Positions 47,160-55,716 of a stretch of DNA of 64,000 nt are shown here, piece by piece. The stretch spans positions 25,216 to 89,215 of the forward strand of contig JASMDC010000013.1 in NCBI GenBank assembly GCA_030753015.1, in the 5' to 3' direction. The position numbers and the translations under genes were made by a program. This DNA is from Candidatus Undinarchaeales archaeon (GTDB lineage: Archaea; SpSt-1190; JASMDC01). Numbering within the stretch: the first letter of the stretch is position 1; each line of letters starts with the position of its first letter. The notes under the pieces are model-generated. The model did not search any database and was not told where the DNA came from. It saw nothing but the letters and a program-made list of their open reading frames with translations.

Positions 47160-48911
47160 CTACATCGAGACCGGTTCGTCCTCGGTGACGACCTCAGCTT
47201 TCTTCAGCTGGTCGATGAGGTGGCCTTTCACGTCGCGAGCCGTGAGCACGCCTGGAGAGGGCACGTCCGCGCTGAAGGTGCGCAGGATGCCGCTGGCTGC
47301 CTCGAACGATATCTTGAGCGAGGCCTCGTGGTCGAGTATCTCCTCCTTCCAGGATACACGCTTGAGCTGCGTGTTCGCGTCGGCGGTCTCTTCCGAGACG
47401 AGCACTTCCTTGGTCGCCAGATAGGCGTTCAGCCGGTCAGTGTCCACCTTATGGTCGAACCGAAGGGTGATCCGCAGGTCCTTCTCCGATGCTGCCTGGA
47501 GCTGGTCCATGATATAGTAGAGCAGCCACCCGATCGCACCCCAGACCATCAGGATGATGAGGAACCAGAGCGAGGAGTGCTCGCCCGCCCATATCGCGAG
47601 GGGCTGATTGACGTATTCGCCCGAGAAGGTGTTGACGATATCGAAGGAGATGGATCCGGCCAGGATTATCTCGAGCACCTCGACAGCCGAACCCGTCCGA
47701 TCCGACGCTCGCGTCATCTCCTGCATCTCGGCGATGTTCTCCTGCAGGGCCTCGTTCACCTTCTTCATCTGCTTCTCTGCGATGGTCCCGGCGATGTCGC
47801 GTAGTCCCGAGATCTCGTTCTGGAGCCCGGAGATGCCCATCTTGATGTCGGTGATGATCTCGCCGCGGGTGTGGGCCTGCTTATCGATCTCCAGCGCCTC
47901 CACGAGGTTCGCGCAGCACTCGTCATCCGCGATCTTCGTGCGCAGTGCGTTCCACTCACGACGGATGTAAGCCGTCGAGTGTGACATGTACTTGGTGATC
48001 TCTTCCAGGAGCACGATTGTTCCCGAGATCTTTGAGAGCATCTCCTGGATGTGCGAGATGCCCTCGGTATCCGACTCGGACACGGCAAGTATCTTCTCCC
48101 GCGTCTCACGGATCTGGTCCCAGAGGATCCACATCCTGGTGGATACGTTCCGCTGGAGTATCTGGAGCGAGTAGAGGAAGGCCGCCACGGACACGATCTC
48201 CTCGTACTTGGAGGCGTCAGGGCTGACCAGTATGATGCCGTGGGAGCCGACGAACACCTTCTCCTTGGGCGAGAGGGTGACCACCCGGTGCACCGCCTCC
48301 AGCACCTGGTTGAGCTCGTTCTCGTGCTGCTCCTTGTCCAGGTACTTATCGTCGTCGTCGAAGTGCGGTGTGATCTCGTCGCCGATGATGACGGTGAACT
48401 TGTCCCGCTCCTTCGAATCATCGAAGAACACAACGTCGAGCAGGCGCTTCTGGAACACTGAAAGGAGAGTGTCCACCATCACGGACGAGTCGAGCACGAC
48501 ATCGGAGATGACCCGGGACATCTTGTCCAAGGACTGGACCTCCTTTCGTCCGTCGATATCCTTGAGCGCCAAGCCGTAGATGACACGGCCCGAGAAGTCT
48601 ATGTTGACCCCGAACCGCTCGATCTGGACGACGTCCTCGGGATAGAACACCTGTGCGTCGAAGCATACGAACCGCGAGACGTCGTAGTCCCTGATCTTGA
48701 CCTCGGTGAAGATGGGATTGGTGGTGAAGGTAGCCGTGTTGGGCGTTGTGTCGATGCGTGATGTGAAGAGGTTGGACTTGATGCGCTTGGTGGTCTCCAG
48801 ATCATCGTTGATCGTCATGATCTGGTTCTTGTTGAATGGGATCCACTCACAGATCATGATCCGGGGATTCTTGAGGAAGACGATCTCCTCGAGCTCGTCC
48901 TTAATCTCCAT
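47160..48911 (-). CDS. Conserved hypothetical protein with CorA-like helical/2-TM C-terminal architecture
   Basis: Start ATG 48911 (MEIKDEL) after GGAGGTGG; EWIPFNKNQI...VQIERFGV...ENELNQVL; coiled coil, then two hydrophobic helices. Confidence 0.85.
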   Translation of the reverse strand: MEIKDELEEIVFLKNPRIMICEWIPFNKNQIMTINDDLETTKRIKSNLFTSRIDTTPNTATFTTNPIFTEVKIRDYDVSRFVCFDAQVFYPEDVVQIERFGVNIDFSGRVIYGLALKDIDGRKEVQSLDKMSRVISDVVLDSSVMVDTLLSVFQKRLLDVVFFDDSKERDKFTVIIGDEITPHFDDDDKYLDKEQHENELNQVLEAVHRVVTLSPKEKVFVGSHGIILVSPDASKYEEIVSVAAFLYSLQILQRNVSTRMWILWDQIRETREKILAVSESDTEGISHIQEMLSKISGTIVLLEEITKYMSHSTAYIRREWNALRTKIADDECCANLVEALEIDKQAHTRGEIITDIKMGISGLQNEISGLRDIAGTIAEKQMKKVNEALQENIAEMQEMTRASDRTGSAVEVLEIILAGSISFDIVNTFSGEYVNQPLAIWAGEHSSLWFLIILMVWGAIGWLLYYIMDQLQAASEKDLRITLRFDHKVDTDRLNAYLATKEVLVSEETADANTQLKRVSWKEEILDHEASLKISFEAASGILRTFSADVPSPGVLTARDVKGHLIDQLKKAEVVTEDEPVSM

Positions 48912-49467
48912 GGCGGACCACCTCCTCCAGCAGCGCGATGCGGGGCATGAACGGCTCTGTGATGTAGGGTACGTCCTCGATGCCCAGCAGGTCGATGGGG
49001 GTCTTCTTGTTGCACGACTTGCAGAAGAAGTAGGCCTCAGTCGCCTCCACGAACACATCACGGGTCTTCTTGCATTTCGGGCAGATGATCAGCTCCTCCA
49101 CGGCGTCCTGGTCGTCCTCGGTTATGGCCTCGACGGCCTCCAGTCCCTTTTCGCTGAGACGGTAGGCATTGATGTGGGTGTGCTCCGAGGTGGAGAGACG
49201 GAGCTTGTCCACGAAACCGATCTCCCGCAGGTCGTTGATATCGTCCTCTCCCTCTTGAGTGACGTTGATGAACTTACGCCGTCCGTGGAAGAGCACCGAC
49301 TGTGGAGCGTAGTCCCAGTCGAAGATACCATGGATGATGCCCTGGTAGAGCAACGCCTTGAGCGGCAGGTCCTTGACCCAGACTACCTCGTCCTCGCTGT
49401 CGGTGCGGGTGAGGAGATGTATGAGATAGAGCAGGCGTCCCTGCTCGCGGGTGAGCTTTACCCCCAT
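48901..49467 (-). CDS. Conserved hypothetical protein, winged-helix-like plus CxxC..CxxC zinc ribbon
   Basis: MGVKLTREQGRLLYLI, FDWDYAP, NVTQEGEDDINDLRE, AYRLSEKG, CPKC/CKSC; overlaps the downstream gene. Confidence 0.85.
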   Translation of the reverse strand: MGVKLTREQGRLLYLIHLLTRTDSEDEVVWVKDLPLKALLYQGIIHGIFDWDYAPQSVLFHGRRKFINVTQEGEDDINDLREIGFVDKLRLSTSEHTHINAYRLSEKGLEAVEAITEDDQDAVEELIICPKCKKTRDVFVEATEAYFFCKSCNKKTPIDLLGIEDVPYITEPFMPRIALLEEVVRHGD

Positions 49468-49526
49468 ACCACCATCCATCGGGGAGAGCTTTAAAAATTG
49501 CACGGACGGGTCGTGTGGACGTGCTC

Positions 49527-50174
49527 CTAGGTCGGGGCGGTGGGTGCCGCACCATCGCCCGGACATCCTTCTACGAGCCACCGTATGACAGGCTCGCTCA
49601 CCTTTGATCTATCGACCCCGAGCGCGGCCATGATCCCCTCGAAGGGGATATGGTTGCACCTGACCATCGCACGGAGGAGCCAGACGAGCTCGGTGGTCGT
49701 CATGTCAGGTGGCTGTTCGGGGGAAGTGTGCGCAGGACGCTCGCTGTACCGTGTCCCTTCCTGCTCGCGCTTCCGGCGCGGATCAGCGCTGAAGTAGACA
49801 GAGCAGCCCTGTAGCCTGGTACGGACGAGCTGATCCTTCCTGACGCACTCGAGGAGGTGGTGGTGGACGTTGGGGTGGGAGAGGAGGCGCCCCAGCTCAT
49901 AGGCGGTCAGGCCCTGTTCGCTCCCGTCGACAAGGGCGCGGATGGTGGGCCCGAGGTTCTTCCACGCAGAGAACCGGGCGCCTTGGTACTCCCAGAGGCC
50001 GTTCTCGTCGAAATCGGGGGTGGTCGGGGACGTGAGCATCTCACCGTTCATATTGTAGCTGGTGAGGTAGCCGGTGTCCTTGAGCTTCCTGAAGATGGTC
50101 CGCGTCGAGCAACTGAAGTGTCGAGCAAGTCCCTTGGCGCTGATGACCTTGTACGCGTCGAGAACGAGGACCAC
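49527..50174 (-). CDS. HTH protein of a family I recall adjacent to transposases (probable mobile-element remnant)
   Basis: SCSTRTIFRKLK..GYLTSYN.NG, FDENGLW, RFS, GLTAYEL; start codon uncertain. Confidence 0.6.
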   Translation of the reverse strand: MVLVLDAYKVISAKGLARHFSCSTRTIFRKLKDTGYLTSYNMNGEMLTSPTTPDFDENGLWEYQGARFSAWKNLGPTIRALVDGSEQGLTAYELGRLLSHPNVHHHLLECVRKDQLVRTRLQGCSVYFSADPRRKREQEGTRYSERPAHTSPEQPPDMTTTELVWLLRAMVRCNHIPFEGIMAALGVDRSKVSEPVIRWLVEGCPGDGAAPTAPT

Positions 50175-50340
50175 GGATAATTGATCGGTCTTTTCTTCGA
50201 AGATATGTCATAGTATGCGATCCTTGATTAAATCATTCCAGTACTACCAGCGGTAGTAACTATCAGATCGATAACGGACGGCAAGAGACCTGGGATAGAC
50301 ATAATGGGCCGTGCACAGAGGGAGGGATTGGTGAGTCGAC

Positions 50341-50591
50341 GTGTCAACGTAAGCGATGCATGTGATTGATACCGAGGTGTGTATTGATTACCATGACACG
50401 ACATGGTAGCCCCTACAGTCGCAAGCGGGGTGTCAGCATGTCAACGTAAGCGAGGATGATAAGGAAGAGAGGGAGTGCATTGATTACCATGACACGACAT
50501 GGTCGCCCCTACAGTCGCAAGCGGGGCATCAGCATGTCAACGTAAGCGAGGATGATATGGGGGAGTAAGAGTACGTTGATTACCTTGACAC
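50341..50591. repeat. 2.6-unit array, 96-97-bp period, conserved palindromic scaffold plus variable 26-27-nt window
   Basis: TGTCAACGTAAGCGA at 50342, 50439 and 50535, each followed by a variable segment and TTGATTACC(A/T)TGACAC. Confidence 0.9.
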
Positions 50592-50674
50592 AGAACGGGC
50601 GCTTTGTTACGAAAAGCCTACATACCAGCGAGGTCTAGCTCACAGCCTCACCAGGAGTCGTTCTTTATATGTCG

Positions 50675-50736
50675 TTTCCGTTATAAACGGAAATATCGGG
50701 CATTAAATTTCCGTTATGAACGGAAACCTATATAAA
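50675..50736 (+). promoter_or_regulatory. Two palindromic operators plus TATA box for the AAA ATPase gene
   Basis: TTTCCGTT-N3-AACGGAAA at 50675-50693 and 50708-50726; TATATAAA at 50729-50736, about 25 bp before ATG 50761. Confidence 0.75.
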
Positions 50737-50760
50737 CTAGAGATCCCTACTACCTAGTCG

Positions 50761-51915
50761 ATGGAGTTAGAGGAGATACTCCACTACTTCAATCCCTGGT
50801 GGGAGGGAGAGACCGGCTTCCCGGGCATACTGCGGGACGCGTACCTCGACCGGCTCGGGGGGGAGCTCAAGGGCGACAGGCTCACCCTCGTGACCGGACT
50901 GCGACGCGTGGGCAAGACCACCCTCATGAAGCAGCTCATCCACACGCTGCAGGAGGAGGTCGATGCGAACCGTATCCTATTCATCTCCCTCGAGCATTTC
51001 GGCCTTCGTGATGAGCGGGTCTACGACATCATCGATGTGTTCCGCAAGATACACTCCCTCCCTCGAAAGGAGCGGATCTACGTGTTCCTTGATGAGATCA
51101 CCTACAAGGACGACGTGGCACGGGACCTCAAGATAGTCCACGACAACGAGAACGTGAAGCTGGTTGCAAGCTCGTCCTCAGCCACAGGCCTGCACGACGA
51201 GAAGGCTTACCTCACTGGGAGGAACCGGGTGATACGGATCGATCCTCTGGACTTCAGGGAGTACCTGACGTTCACAGGAAAGAAGGCAAGTGGTTCGGAG
51301 CGATATCTCCTTGAATCGTACTTCGAGGAGTACATGGAGTACGGGGGCATGCCAGAGTACGTGCTGACCAGGGATCCGGCGCTCATCCTTGAGCTGGTCT
51401 CTGACATCATCGAGAAGGACGTCATCGCGCGGCACGACGTCAAGGACCGAAGGACGATCGACGACCTCTTCCTCCTGCTGTGCGAACGGACGGGGAAGCA
51501 GCTCACCTACAACCGGCTGGCGCGGATACTGGATGTGAAGCCCGACACCGTGAAGAGGTACATCTCCCTCCTTGAGGAGAACCATCTGTTCTCCGTCCTA
51601 CCGCGTCATTCGAAGAGGTTGAACGAGAGGATCCGCTCACCCAAGAAGGTCTACATCGGCGACGTTGGGATTAGGAACGTGCACACCGGCTTCAGGGACA
51701 AGGGCGCGATCTACGAGAACCTCGTGTTCCTCAGGATGCGCGACGCCGTCCTCGGCTACCTGTACAGGGACGGGACCGAGATCGACTTCGTGACCGACGA
51801 GACGCTGGTAGAGGCGAAGTACAGACACGACCTCCCGGAGAGGCAGGAGGCGCTCATGCGCAAGCAGAGGGGGCGGAAGAGCGTCGTCGCTCGTGGCCAC
51901 GACTTCTTCCTGTGA
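50761..51915 (+). CDS. AAA_14 / DUF4143 ATP-binding protein
   Basis: NPWW, GLRRVGKT, FLDEI, LTGR, YGGMPE, wHTH, PKKVYIGDVG, YENLV, EIDFV...VEAK. Confidence 0.92.
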   Translation: MELEEILHYFNPWWEGETGFPGILRDAYLDRLGGELKGDRLTLVTGLRRVGKTTLMKQLIHTLQEEVDANRILFISLEHFGLRDERVYDIIDVFRKIHSLPRKERIYVFLDEITYKDDVARDLKIVHDNENVKLVASSSSATGLHDEKAYLTGRNRVIRIDPLDFREYLTFTGKKASGSERYLLESYFEEYMEYGGMPEYVLTRDPALILELVSDIIEKDVIARHDVKDRRTIDDLFLLLCERTGKQLTYNRLARILDVKPDTVKRYISLLEENHLFSVLPRHSKRLNERIRSPKKVYIGDVGIRNVHTGFRDKGAIYENLVFLRMRDAVLGYLYRDGTEIDFVTDETLVEAKYRHDLPERQEALMRKQRGRKSVVARGHDFFL

Positions 51916-52069
51916 GCTAGAATACTGTCTTGGAAGATGCTATCTCCCTATTAACTTGGGATTCCCTGTCGTCTCCCATGCCCGAGAAAGCATGTCATCC
52001 GGTATATAAGTCTTATCCGGCAGGTGTCATGCTAGTGTAGTGACGGGCCCCGTGCCCGTATGTGGCCCC

Positions 52070-52774
52070 TCAGCTGCTCTGGCCGCCTATGAGGGCGATA
52101 CCGTTCTCTCCGATCTCGTAGGTGAGGAGCTTGATGGGCGTCTTGGTCCCGCGCATCTTCACGATGTCCATGGCCCGCTCCCGCTCGCCGGTGTATGGAT
52201 TGTCGCGCTTCACGAGCCGCAGAGCGCCATAAACGGAATACTCGGCCGAGTCCTGGAAGTTGCGTGACGTCGCCGCGTCGAGGATGATGAGGGCGGTGAC
52301 GTCGAGCTCCTTGAGCATGTACACCAGAAGGTCCAGCTGGTCCTTGAACTGGTACTGGTCCACCTTGGCGGCATAAGTGCCCAGGCTGTCGAACACCAGC
52401 ACCTGGGTCTCGTCCGGTGCGTGCTCGAGGATGTTGGAGAAGTTGCCTGTACGTACGGCAGTGGCCATCTTGTTGGCACGGTCGATGGACTCGACACGCT
52501 TGCCCGTGAGCTCGATGATGGAAAGGATACCCTTCTCCTCAAGGGCGTCCAGGTCCCAACCGAAGCCCTTGGCCTGGAACTTCAGGTCGGCCGCGTCCTC
52601 CTCGCTGGTGATGTACACCGTCCGCTTCCCCTGGTCACAGCAGCTCTTGGCGAACTGGAGACCGAGGATGGTCTTTCCACAGCCCGGCTCGCCGGTGAGC
52701 AGCACGGTCCGTCCGGCGGGGATGCCTCCGATGATCTCGTCGAGTCCCGCTATCCCGCTCTTGATCCTATCCAT
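52070..52774 (-). CDS. Single-domain KaiC/RAD55-family ATPase
   Basis: GIAGLDEII, GEPGCGKT, SEE, FDSL, IVKMRGT. Confidence 0.9.
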   Translation of the reverse strand: MDRIKSGIAGLDEIIGGIPAGRTVLLTGEPGCGKTILGLQFAKSCCDQGKRTVYITSEEDAADLKFQAKGFGWDLDALEEKGILSIIELTGKRVESIDRANKMATAVRTGNFSNILEHAPDETQVLVFDSLGTYAAKVDQYQFKDQLDLLVYMLKELDVTALIILDAATSRNFQDSAEYSVYGALRLVKRDNPYTGERERAMDIVKMRGTKTPIKLLTYEIGENGIALIGGQSS

Positions 52775-52853
52775 GATGATCAGCTCTTGTGAAGATTATC
52801 TACTTGGAGCATCAGTTTTTTATGTGCTTGGTCGGGGCAGTGGACCCGGAGGC

Positions 52854-53555
52854 TTACACGTCCATCTCGATCTGACTCGTCAGGCTGATCCCGCCCTTGC
52901 TGATCTTGTAGGACAGCAGCTCCACTGGTGTCGCCGTTGAGCGCATCTTTACGATCTCCATGGCCCGCTCCCGCCGGCCGGTGAAGGGATTGTCCCGGCG
53001 CATCAGGCGGATGGCCCCGTACACAGAGTACATGGCCATGTCGTCGAAATGCTTGGAGGTGGCGGCGTCCAGGATGACCAGGCAGGTGATCTGCCGCTCG
53101 GCGAGGTTGTACAGCAGCAGGTCGAACTGGTCCTTGAAGTCGTAGGCTGTGACGTCTGCCGCGTAGGGGCCGAGGCTGTCGATGATCAACAGTTGCGTCC
53201 CATCAGGAATGTGCTCGATGAGGCCGGCGAAGTTGCCCTTGGCGACATCCGAGCCGATGCGTACCGAGAGTTCGATCTGCTTGGTACGCTTGCCCAAAAG
53301 CTCAACGAACGTCAGGAGCCCTTTCTTCTCAAGGTCCCAGCCAAGCGCCGTGCACTGGAGCCGGAGGTCGGCTGCGGTCTCCTCGCTCGAAAGATAGACC
53401 GTCTTCAATCCCTGCTCGCACCCGCTCCGAGCGAACTGCAGCCCCAGCACGGTCTTTCCGCAACCAGCCTCGCCCGTAAGCAGAGTTGTCCTGCCCACAG
53501 GGATGCCCCCGAAAAGATCATCGAGCTCCTTGATGCCTATCTTGATCCGTTCCAT
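52854..53555 (-). CDS. Single-domain KaiC/RAD55-family ATPase (paralog)
   Basis: Start ATG 53555 (MERIKIG); GEAGCGKT, SEE, IDSL, IVKMRST. Confidence 0.9.
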   Translation of the reverse strand: MERIKIGIKELDDLFGGIPVGRTTLLTGEAGCGKTVLGLQFARSGCEQGLKTVYLSSEETAADLRLQCTALGWDLEKKGLLTFVELLGKRTKQIELSVRIGSDVAKGNFAGLIEHIPDGTQLLIIDSLGPYAADVTAYDFKDQFDLLLYNLAERQITCLVILDAATSKHFDDMAMYSVYGAIRLMRRDNPFTGRRERAMEIVKMRSTATPVELLSYKISKGGISLTSQIEMDV

Positions 53556-53560
53556 GTCGA

Positions 53561-54493
53561 TCACTTCCCCTGCAGCCTGATGTCGAACATGCACGACTTC
53601 GCCCCTTGGGCGATGGTGCCCGTGACGCTCACCTCGCCCTTGAGCTTGGTCCATGTGAAAGTCCGGGTGACCATGGCGCGGCAGATATTGCAGAAGATGG
53701 GGCTGCCCTTTGCCTCATCGAGCCAGGGACATCGCGAGATCTGAACGGCGAGCTCATCCGGTCCCCCTGTACGCTTCGCGTGCGAGCCGAGGCCGTCGTA
53801 GAGTCCGTCCAGCCACGAGAAGAAGGCGTCAATAGCGAGGTCATCGTCGATGTTCCGGGCCACCCTCGAGTAGGGCGATGCACGCATCCGACCGAGATGG
53901 ACGTCGAACCGTTCCCGCATATTGCGATCGAACCTGTCTGCGAACGAATGGAGGAGCATGGTCCGTGCTTGCGGGGGCACTCCGGCCGCGAACACGGGGA
54001 GCGCGCTCGCCAGCAGGCTGAACACCTCGGCCCGGGCCTCGCGCTCGGTGAGCTCGTATGCCTTGAGCCGCGCGGTGATGTCGCGGAACACGATGGCGAC
54101 ACCGGAAATCTCGTCCCGTTCGTCCCTGATGAAGGCAGTATTGAGGCTTACCGGCACCCGCTTGTCACCCTTTGTCACTAGAAGGGTGTCCCGGTCATAG
54201 GTGACGCCCTCGTTCCGCTCGAAGGTCAGTGCGACCGGGCAGGTCATTGGCGTCCGCGAGCCCTCGTCCTCGAGCACGATGAGCTCGGAGATCCTCTTAC
54301 CGACGACCTCCTCGAAGGTATGTCCGGTGAGGGCCTCTGCTGCAGGGTTCATGAAGGCGATGTCACTGTTCTTGTCCGTTGCCACCACGGCGTCGGCGAT
54401 GCTGCGAAGGATGATCGACTGGCGCCGTTCCTCACGGGTGTGGTCGTGCCCGGACCGGTCCTGATCCCCTTTCGATGATGGCCTTCTTCCCAT
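53561..54493 (-). CDS. PAS domain plus V4R/methanogen-output-domain-like protein
   Basis: PAS (MNPAAEALTG...EVVGK...VFRDIT); C-terminal CPW...PIFCNIC...IAQGAKSC. Confidence 0.85.
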   Translation of the reverse strand: MGRRPSSKGDQDRSGHDHTREERRQSIILRSIADAVVATDKNSDIAFMNPAAEALTGHTFEEVVGKRISELIVLEDEGSRTPMTCPVALTFERNEGVTYDRDTLLVTKGDKRVPVSLNTAFIRDERDEISGVAIVFRDITARLKAYELTEREARAEVFSLLASALPVFAAGVPPQARTMLLHSFADRFDRNMRERFDVHLGRMRASPYSRVARNIDDDLAIDAFFSWLDGLYDGLGSHAKRTGGPDELAVQISRCPWLDEAKGSPIFCNICRAMVTRTFTWTKLKGEVSVTGTIAQGAKSCMFDIRLQGK

Positions 54494-54561
54494 CCTTGCT
54501 CACCTCAGGAGTGGAATGTCACCTTTATACGTGCTAGCCAATGAGAGCGGCGGGACAATCA

Positions 54562-55116
54562 TCAGATCTCGATGACCCGGTCGCACAGCTGGGCGATCTC
54601 GGCACGTACCATCTTGTTGATCCCGTCCTTTTTAGAGACGAGCACGCCGCTCATGTGGAAATGGCGTATGTTCGTGAGGACGATATGCATGAACCGCGCG
54701 AAGAAGAGCGGGTGGTTCTTCTCCAGCATGGCCGGGATGTCGTCGATGAGCAGGAACTTCTTGGCTGGCAGCTTCTTGATCGAGCTGATGATGGACACTA
54801 CGATGAACGTGAGGTCGGTTATGTCATCGATGCGGACGACGTTGTCGGTAAGCTCGGGTGTGGGACACTTGGCGTCCCCGTCCACGCAGTCGAGGATGAG
54901 TAGCCGCTCGCAGTCGAGGTCCTCGTTCTTGCAGCGCTCGATCAGCTTGTCCAGCGGCTGTCCCGCCGATAGCACCATGCCGCTGTACCCCTGGTCTAGC
55001 AGCTGCCGCATGGCCTCCATACCCACCTCGGGCTCGGTCCCTTCGCCCGTCTCGAGGAGGACGATACAACCCTCGGGCAGTTCCTCGATCGCCGTGCCCA
55101 CGATGGAGTCGATCAT
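54562..55116 (-). CDS. Inactivated KaiC-like (DUF835/DUF7504-type) protein
   Basis: RecA-like topology without Walker A; LILDCV, FLLIDDI, LCDRVIEI. Confidence 0.7.
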   Translation of the reverse strand: MIDSIVGTAIEELPEGCIVLLETGEGTEPEVGMEAMRQLLDQGYSGMVLSAGQPLDKLIERCKNEDLDCERLLILDCVDGDAKCPTPELTDNVVRIDDITDLTFIVVSIISSIKKLPAKKFLLIDDIPAMLEKNHPLFFARFMHIVLTNIRHFHMSGVLVSKKDGINKMVRAEIAQLCDRVIEI

Positions 55117-55715
55117 AGGCTCACCTTGATGACCTCGTCCACCTTGAGTGCTACGTCCTTGATGAACCGTTTCTGGGCCAGATCGGCAGCGACGTTGACC
55201 ACGAGGCTGACGTTCTCGATGTCGTGGTGCTTGCGGATGGTCCTGAGCAGGAACTCCGAGAACCTCAATGTCTCGGACAGCGGCTTGTAGAGCGTGATAG
55301 TCGTGAGGGAGTCGATGAAAACGAACCGCTTGGGCCGCGACAGACGCTCGATGGACATGTAGATCGCCCGGACCAGCTCGTCGATGTCCAGCTCCGGGGA
55401 GACGTGGATGCAGCGCGGATCGTCGGTCCGTTCGGTGTCGGCGAGCGCGGTGGCCACGTCGACGAACAGGAGCTTCTTAAGGTCGATCCCCCGCTGACCG
55501 AACAGTTCCACGAGGTTCGGGAAAGGACGGTTCACGCTGACATACACGCCTTCGAAACCGAGCGCCAGAAGACCCTCCACGGTGGCGAGGTTCGCGTCGA
55601 AGTAGGCCTCTGTCGGCAGTTCGAGCATAACGACAGCCCCGGTCGCATGGTCGCTGAGCACTTGGGAAAGATGGCTCTCGATCGCCCTCCCATTTCCCGT
55701 TTCAGGTCCGTCCAC
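55113..55715 (-). CDS. Inactivated KaiC-like (DUF835/DUF7504-type) protein
   Basis: GVYVSVNRP, LFVDV, FVFIDSLTT, VDEVI; GTG 55715 after GAGGTG. Confidence 0.72.
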   Translation of the reverse strand: MDGPETGNGRAIESHLSQVLSDHATGAVVMLELPTEAYFDANLATVEGLLALGFEGVYVSVNRPFPNLVELFGQRGIDLKKLLFVDVATALADTERTDDPRCIHVSPELDIDELVRAIYMSIERLSRPKRFVFIDSLTTITLYKPLSETLRFSEFLLRTIRKHHDIENVSLVVNVAADLAQKRFIKDVALKVDEVIKVSL

Positions 55716-55716
55716 G

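Noticed and set aside
50341-50591. CRISPR array
   Set aside because: The repeat is about 70 bp, the variable parts are related to each other, there are only 2.6 units, and no cas genes are present. Kept as a non-CRISPR array finding.
51990-52032. Imperfect palindrome GCATGTCATCCGG-TATATAAG..CCGG..TGTCATGC between convergent genes
   Set aside because: Weak pairing and no downstream gene; cannot be distinguished from chance or a simple terminator.
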